IMG/VR virus record: IMGVR_UViG_3300006802_000110
Span: 1 to 57,798 of that record
DNA length: 57,798 nt
Reading direction: 5' to 3' (one strand)
Source: a virus
Lineage: Duplodnaviria; Caudoviricetes
The notes under the pieces were generated by a model. It did not search any database, had not been told where the DNA came from, and saw nothing but the letters and a program-made list of their open reading frames with translations. Below are positions 24,977 through 33,922 of the stretch, one piece after another (the stretch's first letter is position 1; every line of letters begins with the position of its first letter). The position numbers and the translations under genes were made by a program.

Positions 24977-25042
24977 ATGATGTGTAGTTGTGGATGTGTT
25001 TATTGCACTTGTGGTTGTGGAAACGTAACTTCTAACTACTAA
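24977..25042 (+). CDS. 21-aa cysteine-rich micropeptide MMCSCGCVYCTCGCGNVTSNY
   Basis: GGAGG RBS 5 nt upstream; six Cys in CxCxC-xx-CxCxC. Confidence 0.6.
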   Translation: MMCSCGCVYCTCGCGNVTSNY

Positions 25043-25097
25043 GGGGGTGATCCTTAACAGTTACGTTCCACGCTAACTCAATCACATGGAGAAAAAT

Positions 25098-25135
25098 ACG
25101 CGACTGAGGGAGCCAGCTTCTTCAGTCGCGTTTTT
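25098..25135 (+). terminator. Intrinsic terminator
   Basis: ACGCGACTGA.../TCAGTCGCGT stem plus T tract. Confidence 0.8.
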
Positions 25136-25142
25136 ACCTTAT

Positions 25143-26219
25143 ATGAAGAAATTTGTTTCACTGATCACATTGACATCATTGACCGCATTGTTCGTCGCCA
25201 TGTGTGCTGCAGTATTTTCGGTGACGGGTATTGCGACATTGTTTGCTGGTGCGGCATTGAGTGCAGCAGTCATGGCAGCAGCACTTGAATTAGGAAAAAT
25301 CGTCAGCATCTCGTTTTTATATCAGTATTGGGAAAAAATCCCACGAACGTTGAAGGGATATTTAACCGTTGCTAGTGTAGTCTTAATGTTGATTACGTCT
25401 GCTGGTATTTACGGATATCTTTCTGCTGCATATGCAAAGGTTGCCGCGACACCATTACAATTGACGGCAGATATTAAAGCAACCGAAGGTCGTATCCAAA
25501 CCGTAGAACAAGACATTGACCGGAAGAATCAACGATTAAACCAGTTAATTGAACTCCGTTCACAGCAAGAAACACGATTGGATGCGTTGGTTTCCAAAAG
25601 TACCACAGGAAACAATACGACCATTCGTTCCGCACAAAATTCATTGAATCAAGCAGATAGAAATGTTACAACGTTACAAAACGAAATTACTCAATTATCC
25701 AAAGTTCGTGATAGTTTAAATACAATAAGTATTCAAAAAAACGTTGATATCGAAACAAATGGTGATATCGGAACGTTTGTGTATATCGCAAAGGTTTTTA
25801 ACGTATCACTTGACACGGTGGTAAAATGGTTTACATTGATTATTGTGTTGGTATTTGACCCACTTGCTGTAGCGTTGGTGATCGCAGTAAATTTCTTGTT
25901 AAAGCAGGGTAAGTCGAACGAAAACGATGTTACGGAAAAAAAGCAAATCGAAGAATTGTTTGATCACACAACGGCTGACAACAAAGAACCATACGAGGTA
26001 TATGTCGCAGAAGTACCAAAACAAGAACCAGCCACAGAAACGATAGAACAACCCCCAACGCAACCAGAAACCAAACCACAGGTGTCAGATACTCCACCGA
26101 TGGGAAATGATCCACAATACTTCTTGCGGGGAGATTTTGATTGGAGTAAAAGAGATACGTGGGAAAATTATCGACCAGCAGTAAATTACTATAATAACTA
26201 CATAGCTCCACGGCAGTAA
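25143..26219 (+). CDS. Multi-TM coiled-coil protein (conserved in large phages)
   Basis: Three N-terminal TM segments (LELGK, ITSAGIYGYLS), coiled coil, VFDPLAV TM segment. Confidence 0.8.
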   Translation: MKKFVSLITLTSLTALFVAMCAAVFSVTGIATLFAGAALSAAVMAAALELGKIVSISFLYQYWEKIPRTLKGYLTVASVVLMLITSAGIYGYLSAAYAKVAATPLQLTADIKATEGRIQTVEQDIDRKNQRLNQLIELRSQQETRLDALVSKSTTGNNTTIRSAQNSLNQADRNVTTLQNEITQLSKVRDSLNTISIQKNVDIETNGDIGTFVYIAKVFNVSLDTVVKWFTLIIVLVFDPLAVALVIAVNFLLKQGKSNENDVTEKKQIEELFDHTTADNKEPYEVYVAEVPKQEPATETIEQPPTQPETKPQVSDTPPMGNDPQYFLRGDFDWSKRDTWENYRPAVNYYNNYIAPRQ

Positions 26220-26224
26220 CCCCC

Positions 26225-26253
26225 TTGACAAATACCCTATAACGTATTATATT
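26225..26253 (+). promoter_or_regulatory. Sigma70-type promoter
   Basis: TTGACA-N17-TATATT. Confidence 0.8.
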
Positions 26254-26279
26254 TAAACATCTTCCGCAAGTAGGTTTTT

Positions 26280-27179
26280 ATGCCTCATAACGTTGGTTAT
26301 TGTTGTATAAACGTCGAACTCGGTAAACAAAAAATTACCACGGGCCGGGGAATGATCCAACGGACGTTCAGAGAAAAAGGTTTGAGCTACGCATCCGAAC
26401 TTGCTCTCAAGAACACCGAAGACCTTATCAAGATCATTCAATGGAACGCTGACCATGACATCAACGTGTTTCGTATGGGATCGGGCATCTTCCCGTGGGG
26501 TACAGAATACAATCCGACAAGTCTCAAAGACTATTTTCAGATTGTCAGTAATTTGGAAAAGGCTGGTAATCTAGCGTATAAGACAGGTCAACGTATTACG
26601 TGTCATCCCGATCATTTTGTGAAATTGGCGTCCCTGAAAGAGCCAGTGATCCTGAACTCCCTCAAAGACCTTGAACTCCATTCACTTGTCTTTGACTATA
26701 TGGGACTGAGTACGACCCCGTACAACGCAATCAACATTCATGTAGGGATGAACTACTCCGAAGAAACCGCAGACCGATGGTTAAAAAATTTCGCACGACT
26801 GTCAGAAACTTGTCGTAACCGCATGACTGTCGAGAATGACGATAAAGCGTCTGGGTTTTCTGTGGTTCAATTGTTTACACACATTTATAGTGCAGTCGGT
26901 ATTCCAATTACGTTTGATTATTTCCATCATCAGTTTCATACCGATGGATTGAGTACCCAAGACGCAGCAGAATTGGCCGCAGGAACATGGCCCGAAAGTA
27001 TCACCCCGTTATTTCATTATAGTGAATCAAAAAATCTAAACGAAGGTGTGAAGGGGAACCCCCGAGCCCACGCAGATTATGTGTATACGAAGATTGATGA
27101 TTTTGGTTTATTCCTAGACATTGACTTGGAAGCAAAAGCAAAAGAACAAGCCCTCTTTACCTATAGGTCACTTTTATGA
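26280..27179 (+). CDS. uvsE: UV damage endonuclease
   Basis: GYCCIN, FRMGS, HPDHF, ENDDK, FDYFHH, HYSES, AHAD, EAKAKE. Confidence 0.95.
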   Translation: MPHNVGYCCINVELGKQKITTGRGMIQRTFREKGLSYASELALKNTEDLIKIIQWNADHDINVFRMGSGIFPWGTEYNPTSLKDYFQIVSNLEKAGNLAYKTGQRITCHPDHFVKLASLKEPVILNSLKDLELHSLVFDYMGLSTTPYNAINIHVGMNYSEETADRWLKNFARLSETCRNRMTVENDDKASGFSVVQLFTHIYSAVGIPITFDYFHHQFHTDGLSTQDAAELAAGTWPESITPLFHYSESKNLNEGVKGNPRAHADYVYTKIDDFGLFLDIDLEAKAKEQALFTYRSLL

Positions 27180-27802
27180 TCAGTTTCGCGGTTACGACAC
27201 ACGATGAAGGTCAATATATCCAGACCCTATTAGATCAATTAGTTCCGTATTGTGCGGAATCGGGTGATGAAATTGTGGTGGTGGATGACCATTCTACGGA
27301 TGAGCTGACAGTATCGTTGTTAAACACCTATTCAGCAGACAATACGATTCGACTGTTTCATCATGAATTGAACGGCGATTTCGCTGGTCATAAGAACTAC
27401 TTGACAGAACAATGTCTTGGCGATTATATTTTCCAGATAGACGCTGATGAAACCCTACATCCCAATCTATTGGCGTATCTCCATGACATTGTGGACAACA
27501 ATCAAAATGTGGATTTGTTCATTCTCCCTCGCGTCAATCTCGTCGATGGACTGACCAACGAAGACATTAAACGCTGGGGATGGCAGGTGAACGAAAAGGG
27601 GTGGGTCATGTTCCCCGATTACCAAACACGGTTGTATCGTAATCATGTGGACATTCGTTGGGAAGGAAAGGTTCATGAACGAATTGTGGGAGCAAAAGTC
27701 ACTGCACCACTTCCCGACGAAGAAGAATGGGCAATTATTCATATAAAAGACATTGAACGTCAAAGGTTGCAAAATGAATTTTATAGTACAATCCAACGGT
27801 AA
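27176..27802 (+). CDS. Glycosyltransferase family 2
   Basis: EIVVVDDHSTD, IDADE, PDYQTRLYRN...W.GKVHE. Confidence 0.92.
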   Translation: MISFAVTTHDEGQYIQTLLDQLVPYCAESGDEIVVVDDHSTDELTVSLLNTYSADNTIRLFHHELNGDFAGHKNYLTEQCLGDYIFQIDADETLHPNLLAYLHDIVDNNQNVDLFILPRVNLVDGLTNEDIKRWGWQVNEKGWVMFPDYQTRLYRNHVDIRWEGKVHERIVGAKVTAPLPDEEEWAIIHIKDIERQRLQNEFYSTIQR

Positions 27803-28844
27803 GACCGCGTTAACCTACGATGATGTGCAGCTGGTTCCTGCATACTCAGAAATCGAATCACGGCAAAACATCAGTCTTCATACCAAGTTGTCACAACGAT
27901 ATGAATTGTCGATTCCACTAATTGCAAGTCCAATGGACACGGTGTGTGAAAGTGACATGGCAATAGCAATGGCAGACTTGGGCGGGGTGGGATGTATTCA
28001 TCGATTTATGACGATTGAACGCCAAGCGGAAGAAGTTGAAAAGGTTCATGATCATATTTACGGTGATGGTTTTGGAAGTTTGTCCGCCAAACGCGAGTAC
28101 ACCGTTCCGATCATGGCAGCAATAGGAGCAAACGGTGACTATCTTGAACGGGCTCAAGAACTCGTCAAAAACGGCGCCAACGTTATTTTGATTGATGTTG
28201 CACACGGATATCACAAGTTTGTAATGGACGCAATTCGTGAGTTGAAGAAACAACTTCCGTCCCATGTTGATGTGATTGCGGGAAATGTCGCAACAGGAGA
28301 CGCGGTATACAATCTCCAAGTCGCAGGGGCAGATGCAATTCGGGTTGGGATTGGCGGTGGGTCACTCTGCACGACCAGAGTCAAGACAGGATTTGGCGTT
28401 CCCAACGTGACTTCACTACAGGAATGCTCCGGACAGGCAAAGGTTCCGATTATCGCATGTGGTGGTATTCGGAACAGCGGTGATATTGCCAAGGCAATCG
28501 CAATGGGAGCGAGTTCCGTTATTCTTGGTTCACTCCTCGCAGGAACGAAGGAAGCGCCGGGAAAGATTATTGAACAAGCAGATGGTTCGTTATACAAGCG
28601 GTATCGTGGAGCCGCATCACTTGAAACCAAGAGTGTCCACGGTCAGGCACAACGCAACGTCGAAGGGGAATCCACCGTGGTTCCGTTCAAGGGTAAGGCA
28701 AAGTTCGTGGTTGACGGGTTATTGGATGGGTTACGGTCAGCACTCAGCTACGCAGGTGCATCATCTATTGATCAGTTTTATCCCGATTATGTTGTTGTTA
28801 CAAACGCAGGTATCGCTGAGGCACGACCACATCTAATCCGATAG
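27774..28844 (+). CDS. guaB: IMP dehydrogenase / GMP reductase family, no CBS domains
   Basis: LTYDDV, SPMDTV, IDVAHG, GNVAT, GIGGGSLCTTR; guaC cannot be excluded. Confidence 0.85.
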   Translation: MNFIVQSNGKTALTYDDVQLVPAYSEIESRQNISLHTKLSQRYELSIPLIASPMDTVCESDMAIAMADLGGVGCIHRFMTIERQAEEVEKVHDHIYGDGFGSLSAKREYTVPIMAAIGANGDYLERAQELVKNGANVILIDVAHGYHKFVMDAIRELKKQLPSHVDVIAGNVATGDAVYNLQVAGADAIRVGIGGGSLCTTRVKTGFGVPNVTSLQECSGQAKVPIIACGGIRNSGDIAKAIAMGASSVILGSLLAGTKEAPGKIIEQADGSLYKRYRGAASLETKSVHGQAQRNVEGESTVVPFKGKAKFVVDGLLDGLRSALSYAGASSIDQFYPDYVVVTNAGIAEARPHLIR

Positions 28845-28870
28845 TTATATTCATTTAACATGAGGATTGT

Positions 28871-29398
28871 ATGAAAACATACTTAACTATCATAGTTATG
28901 TTGTTAACATCGATTTACATGCTAGATAACATTCCGATGTTTTCAGCACAAAAATTACCGATGTCGCAACCAACGCCTGTGGAGCAGTTCATGGCACGGA
29001 TTGCGCACTTCGAAAGCGGTAACAATTATAGAATAGTTAATCAATACGGCATGATGGGAAAATACCAGTTTAGCCACGCTACCGTTCGCGGATTGGGATT
29101 CAACGTGTCACGAAATGAATTCCTGCGGAACCCATACCTTCAGGATTCGGTCATGATTGCATACATGAAATACAATCACCGTGAACTGGAACCATATATT
29201 GAACGATATGATGGGAAAACCATCAAGGGTGTCAAGATGACACGAGCGACAATTCTTGCTGGTGCACACTTTGCTGGATCAGAGGGCATGAGAACATTCC
29301 TCAAAACGTCTGACCCCAATGGCACGGTTGATGGTAATGGCATGACACTACGGAGATATATGTCTAACTTTATTAAAGTTAATCTCCCTTCACTTTAG
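28871..29398 (+). CDS. Lysozyme-fold / transglycosylase-like protein
   Basis: FESGNNY..VN.YG.MGKYQF; N-terminal anchor. Confidence 0.75.
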   Translation: MKTYLTIIVMLLTSIYMLDNIPMFSAQKLPMSQPTPVEQFMARIAHFESGNNYRIVNQYGMMGKYQFSHATVRGLGFNVSRNEFLRNPYLQDSVMIAYMKYNHRELEPYIERYDGKTIKGVKMTRATILAGAHFAGSEGMRTFLKTSDPNGTVDGNGMTLRRYMSNFIKVNLPSL

Positions 29399-29406
29399 GA
29401 ACATTT

Positions 29407-29688
29407 ATGGTTACACTAATTGTTTTGGTGAGTATCACAACGATTACAAGTGTTGTATTAGGATACGCAACATATAATTCGTTACGAAAAATAGAATTTT
29501 ACGAACAACAAATTGAAGAATTTTACTCTGCGCTCACCGTAGCACTTCACACGATGCGAGCGCTTGATACCCGACAGATGTTCGAAGACGATGACGAAGT
29601 AGGCAATGTCTTCCAACAACTGTCGGATATCGTTTTTACCCTCCGACCACTTTTATACGGAACTCCAGATGAGAAAGAAGAAAACTGA
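29407..29688 (+). CDS. Membrane-anchored hypothetical protein
   Basis: TM segment plus FEDDDEVG motif. Confidence 0.7.
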   Translation: MVTLIVLVSITTITSVVLGYATYNSLRKIEFYEQQIEEFYSALTVALHTMRALDTRQMFEDDDEVGNVFQQLSDIVFTLRPLLYGTPDEKEEN

Positions 29689-30436
29689 TCTTGAAGTTCG
29701 TCGAGCAAAACTAGGAAAGGTTTATTTCACCCAAGCGACAGAAGACGCTATCGTAAAATACAACAAATCCACTGATTTAGACGAACGCAATACATTATTT
29801 CGTGAAGACATTCACCCCGCCATTGATAAACTCGCAGAAAACGTGATTAATCGTTTTAAATTTCCTTATATTGAAGGCACGTTTGAGGATATCAAAAACC
29901 AAGTAGTCTCCTTCCTAGTATTGAACCTCCACAAATATACCGAAAATAAAGGGAAAGCGTTCTCGTACTTCTCCGTGGTGGCTAAAAATTACCTTATATT
30001 ACACAATAATAATGCCTATCGGGACGAATTAAGATCTACTTATTTGGCCGATCCAATGGGAGAAGAATCGTTCTTATTGGAGGAGGTCTTGACTACCGCC
30101 CCCGAAGCAGAAACGTCTAAAAGCGACGCCAGAGACTTTATACACCTTCTGGTACAGTATTGGGACTTTAACTTAGAAAAGATTTTTAAGAAGAAACGGG
30201 ACAGGGATATTGCGAACGCCGTGGTCGAACTTTTGCGGCGGGCAAATACCATTGAAAACTTTAATAAAAAGGCTTTATATGTGTTAATTCGTGAAATGAC
30301 CAACAATAAAACGGTTCATATCACGAAGGTCATCAATAAGATGAAGGTCCACGTACTCCGACAAATGAAAGAATACCGCAAAACAGGACATCTTTCCGAT
30401 CCATCCATGCTTTTTGTATATAAACACGATGAATAA
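29669..30436 (+). CDS. Phage late-transcription sigma factor (T4 gp55-like)
   Basis: KLAENVINRFKF...LHKY...KGKAFSYFSVVAKNYLI sigma region-2-like motif; lies just upstream of the structural genes. Confidence 0.7.
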   Translation: MRKKKTDLEVRRAKLGKVYFTQATEDAIVKYNKSTDLDERNTLFREDIHPAIDKLAENVINRFKFPYIEGTFEDIKNQVVSFLVLNLHKYTENKGKAFSYFSVVAKNYLILHNNNAYRDELRSTYLADPMGEESFLLEEVLTTAPEAETSKSDARDFIHLLVQYWDFNLEKIFKKKRDRDIANAVVELLRRANTIENFNKKALYVLIREMTNNKTVHITKVINKMKVHVLRQMKEYRKTGHLSDPSMLFVYKHDE

Positions 30437-30478
30437 CTATTTATAGTATAGACTTATCTTATTCATCGGGTATAATTT

Positions 30479-30859
30479 ATGGGATTTGATAGCGTTATTT
30501 TCGAAGGCAAGACACTTTCCGATATGTTTTCGGATGTCTACAAAAACACCAATACCAAGCGGGAACAAATCAATCAATTCGTGGCCAATTTGGTCAAGTT
30601 GATCAGAACTCCTGAAGATGCCGCTGTGCTTGGTCCTGTTATTCAAAGTTTTCTTGAAGTCAACGTAAAGAACGACGAACACATCGTCAGACTCGTACAA
30701 ATTGCCCAACGGTTAGTGGCGATGAATACGAAGTCTGACGATGTTGGTTTATTGACCGAAGAAGAAAAAAATCAGTTGTTAAAAAACGTCAAAGCCGACT
30801 TCGAAGCGGTATTAGCAGAGCAAGATGAACTTGAAGATACGTTGAACAAGGTAAGATAA
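30479..30859 (+). CDS. Hypothetical helical protein
   Basis: First gene after a TATTTATA motif. Confidence 0.7.
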   Translation: MGFDSVIFEGKTLSDMFSDVYKNTNTKREQINQFVANLVKLIRTPEDAAVLGPVIQSFLEVNVKNDEHIVRLVQIAQRLVAMNTKSDDVGLLTEEEKNQLLKNVKADFEAVLAEQDELEDTLNKVR

Positions 30860-30860
30860 T

Positions 30861-32234
30861 ATGTACGGCGATAGAATTATTTATCGACGAAGAACAGAGG
30901 GATTATTAGCGACATCTGGAAACACGGAATCTGCCCGTCCGATAGCAGAACCATTGTTTGAAGGATTGGTGGTTGACGTAATACTGGATCACAATCATCC
31001 CGATTATGCACCAGACGGATCAAATGTTGGAGCAATTAAAGTACGTATTTTTTCACTGAATCATGGATTATCTGACGAACAACTTCCTTGGGCAGATCCA
31101 GTTGATTTTACAATTCAAGAAATGCCGTTGATTGGTGAAGTAGTTGCTCTTCAAAAAATACTTGGAAACTTTTTTTATGCAAGAAAAATTCCTATCGCTA
31201 GAAGAATACAAGAAAATGGAATGTTGAACTTAAACAAAGCACTAAATCAACGTTCAACCAACACAATATCAAATTCTATAAATCAGGAGCAAGAAAAAAC
31301 CGCAGAAAAACATAAGTTTGGAGAATATTTTAAACCAAACGAAAAAATTCGTCCCCTAAAACATTTTGAAGGAGATGTTATTTTTCAGGGTAGAATGGGT
31401 CAATCTATTAGATTTGGATCTAGTGCAATAGACCCGAGTAGTAAAGAGTTGGCTCCAAATATTATATTACGAACTGGACAAGGTGAAGGTAACGAAAAGT
31501 CGTATGTTACAAAAGATACGATATATGGACTAACCTTGGAAGATATTAATAAAGATGCATCTTCTATCTGGATGACATCAAATCAAAATCTACCATTGTT
31601 ACCAGCAACAGTTACCGCCGGTGGATTTGGTCGTACAATGTCCAATCCCCCACTAATTTTTGGTAAGGCACAAATATTAATAAATTCAGATCGTGTAATG
31701 TTGAACGCAAAAAAAGAAAGTATTTTTCTGTACGCAAAGGATACCATTTATTTAAATGCTGGTAATGAACTCCGAATCGATACAGATAACAATTTTGAAA
31801 TTGCCACCAAGGAAGGATTGAGTTTCAGAACTAGTGGGACTATTAGAAGCCGCGCAGATAACAATTTTATTCTTAATGCGGCAGTAGACATTCTAAGTAT
31901 GTCACAAGGAAAAACTTCTTTACTGGCAGAAAAAATTTATATCGGTAGTACAGACTTAGAAGGTGTACCAGATAATGAAAAAGAACCACTTGTTGGTGGT
32001 CAAATGTTAGCAAAGTTTTTACGTGATTTTATTAACGCACATTTAAAACCACCGTTCCACGTACAAACCCCAACTGGACCGGGAACATTACATCCTAAAG
32101 TTCGTACAGAACTTCAAAAAGTATTAAAACGATTGAACGGTATGCTTGATGCAGAATTTAACAGTGAAGATAATTTTGTTATGTTAAAAAATGAAGAAGT
32201 GCAAGTTGAAAAAAATGATTTTACTGCAGGATAA
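30861..32234 (+). CDS. Baseplate hub/spike protein (gp5-like)
   Basis: OB-like N-terminus (MPLIGEVV), EGDVIFQGRMGQSIRFGS, beta-helix region, EPLVGG and TPTGP. Confidence 0.7.
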   Translation: MYGDRIIYRRRTEGLLATSGNTESARPIAEPLFEGLVVDVILDHNHPDYAPDGSNVGAIKVRIFSLNHGLSDEQLPWADPVDFTIQEMPLIGEVVALQKILGNFFYARKIPIARRIQENGMLNLNKALNQRSTNTISNSINQEQEKTAEKHKFGEYFKPNEKIRPLKHFEGDVIFQGRMGQSIRFGSSAIDPSSKELAPNIILRTGQGEGNEKSYVTKDTIYGLTLEDINKDASSIWMTSNQNLPLLPATVTAGGFGRTMSNPPLIFGKAQILINSDRVMLNAKKESIFLYAKDTIYLNAGNELRIDTDNNFEIATKEGLSFRTSGTIRSRADNNFILNAAVDILSMSQGKTSLLAEKIYIGSTDLEGVPDNEKEPLVGGQMLAKFLRDFINAHLKPPFHVQTPTGPGTLHPKVRTELQKVLKRLNGMLDAEFNSEDNFVMLKNEEVQVEKNDFTAG

Positions 32235-32237
32235 TAT

Positions 32238-33152
32238 ATGGCCGATCCAATTGATATCGCAATACAATCTATAGATGCAAGACCATCACCACCGGTTGAT
32301 CCACTGGATACCGCCATGCGATCAGCAAACCCAGCACAAAAACTTGCGAGTGACAAACTGGTAGAATCGGCCGATGCAACAAAACAAAAAGCATTGTCAA
32401 AATTACCAAAAACTAAAGATCCAGAATTAGTAAAAAAAGAAAAAGAAGCAGAGGCTCGACAAAAAGCTGCGCAGGTAAAAGAAGGTGTATTAAACAAAAA
32501 ATCTGAAGCATTAGATATCGCTAAGAATTTGGCATTGGGATTAGCGATGTCCAAACTTGGAAAAGTTCAGGGGGTAGCATCATCAGCAAATAGTGTTCTT
32601 GGAACCGCTGGAGCCGCGGCAGCTACGGGAATGGCTGTTTTAGGATTACTAAAAAAGAAGAAACCGGCTGCAAAGCAAACACAGGATATGGTAAAAGCAG
32701 ATCAAAAAACTAAAGAAGTGGAGAAGGAACGGGTACAAACATCTCAAGAAAATCATCAAAAAAACGTAACAGCATTTACATATCCATTAAAACCAATAGA
32801 CGCAACACCCACACAACCTGAACCGCCAGAAATACCGATACAACCACCAATACCAACACCCACGGCAACCGTACCAACAAAACCTTTGAGATCTGGATGG
32901 ACATACTTACTTTCTGGTGGAGGCGGAAAAAGTATTGAACTGGCATCGTTACGATACTGGTCATCTGCCGGCGGAGATTCACAAGATATATTATCTCGTC
33001 TTGGGGGATCATACTCAACAGATTACGCACCATACTATTCATTCAGCAGTGATAGTGGAAAATATCCAGATGGAATTTCATCGGTAAGAGCAAAAATTCA
33101 ATACGATATAGATACTGGCACATTTGATTTTCTTGTAACACCACCATATTAA
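32238..33152 (+). CDS. Hypothetical virion-region protein
   Basis: 304-aa ORF within the structural operon. Confidence 0.65.
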   Translation: MADPIDIAIQSIDARPSPPVDPLDTAMRSANPAQKLASDKLVESADATKQKALSKLPKTKDPELVKKEKEAEARQKAAQVKEGVLNKKSEALDIAKNLALGLAMSKLGKVQGVASSANSVLGTAGAAAATGMAVLGLLKKKKPAAKQTQDMVKADQKTKEVEKERVQTSQENHQKNVTAFTYPLKPIDATPTQPEPPEIPIQPPIPTPTATVPTKPLRSGWTYLLSGGGGKSIELASLRYWSSAGGDSQDILSRLGGSYSTDYAPYYSFSSDSGKYPDGISSVRAKIQYDIDTGTFDFLVTPPY

Positions 33153-33184
33153 TAACGGTTATGATGACTAGGAGATAAAGTATT

Positions 33185-33520
33185 ATGGACAAACAATTAT
33201 TAAAAGCGTATATTCGTACTATCGTTGAAGAAGAAGTAAAACGCATTCTTCCCGAACTACTATCAGAAGCAGTTGCTGAAGTCAAACAACTTTCTGAACA
33301 AACGACGCGCCCATCCGCACAACCAAAACCAAAACTTGATCGATCTAAATTGGCGGCAATGATGGGGATTGAATATGATGGCCAAACACTTCGGGCAACG
33401 TCCACCGACAAAGTTCACGGTAGACTTCCAGATGACGTACCGCCAGACGTAAATCCTGAAGTTGTTAAGGCAATCAACAAAGATTATTCTCAATTGATGA
33501 AAACAATGGGAATTGTCTGA
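33185..33520 (+). CDS. Hypothetical protein
   Basis: IRTIVEEEV...AINKDYSQLMK; AGGAG RBS. Confidence 0.7.
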   Translation: MDKQLLKAYIRTIVEEEVKRILPELLSEAVAEVKQLSEQTTRPSAQPKPKLDRSKLAAMMGIEYDGQTLRATSTDKVHGRLPDDVPPDVNPEVVKAINKDYSQLMKTMGIV

Positions 33521-33528
33521 GATAATAT

Positions 33529-33909
33529 ATGGCAAAAGGCATTGGCATTACGCTTCCCACTCAACTTGGAAACACGGGATACTTTCAGCAAGGGTTTGAC
33601 ACGTTGACGCAAATAAAGTCAAATTTTATAAATTTGATACTTACTAGAAAGGGGGAACGTGTTCACCAGCCGGAATTTGGATGTGATATACACGAATATG
33701 TATTTGAACAACTAACTCCAGAAACCGTTGATGGAGCTCATCGATCTGTTCTTGCCGCAGTTGAACAATGGATGCCTTTTTTGGAATTGGTACAGTTTGA
33801 ATTACGACAAAATTCTAATGACGTAGACACCAACAAATTACTATTATATGTGGGATATCGGTTACGTGCAAACCCTAATATTCGTGACACGATTATCCTA
33901 ACGTTTTAA
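33529..33909 (+). CDS. Baseplate wedge subunit (gp25/GPW family)
   Basis: NLILTRKGERVHQPEFGCDI...FE. Confidence 0.9.
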   Translation: MAKGIGITLPTQLGNTGYFQQGFDTLTQIKSNFINLILTRKGERVHQPEFGCDIHEYVFEQLTPETVDGAHRSVLAAVEQWMPFLELVQFELRQNSNDVDTNKLLLYVGYRLRANPNIRDTIILTF

Positions 33910-33922
33910 TCGGAGTTAATCA

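Noticed and set aside
25086-25142. Upstream start of the 377-aa ORF
   Set aside because: It runs through a terminator hairpin; ATG at 25143 is more plausible
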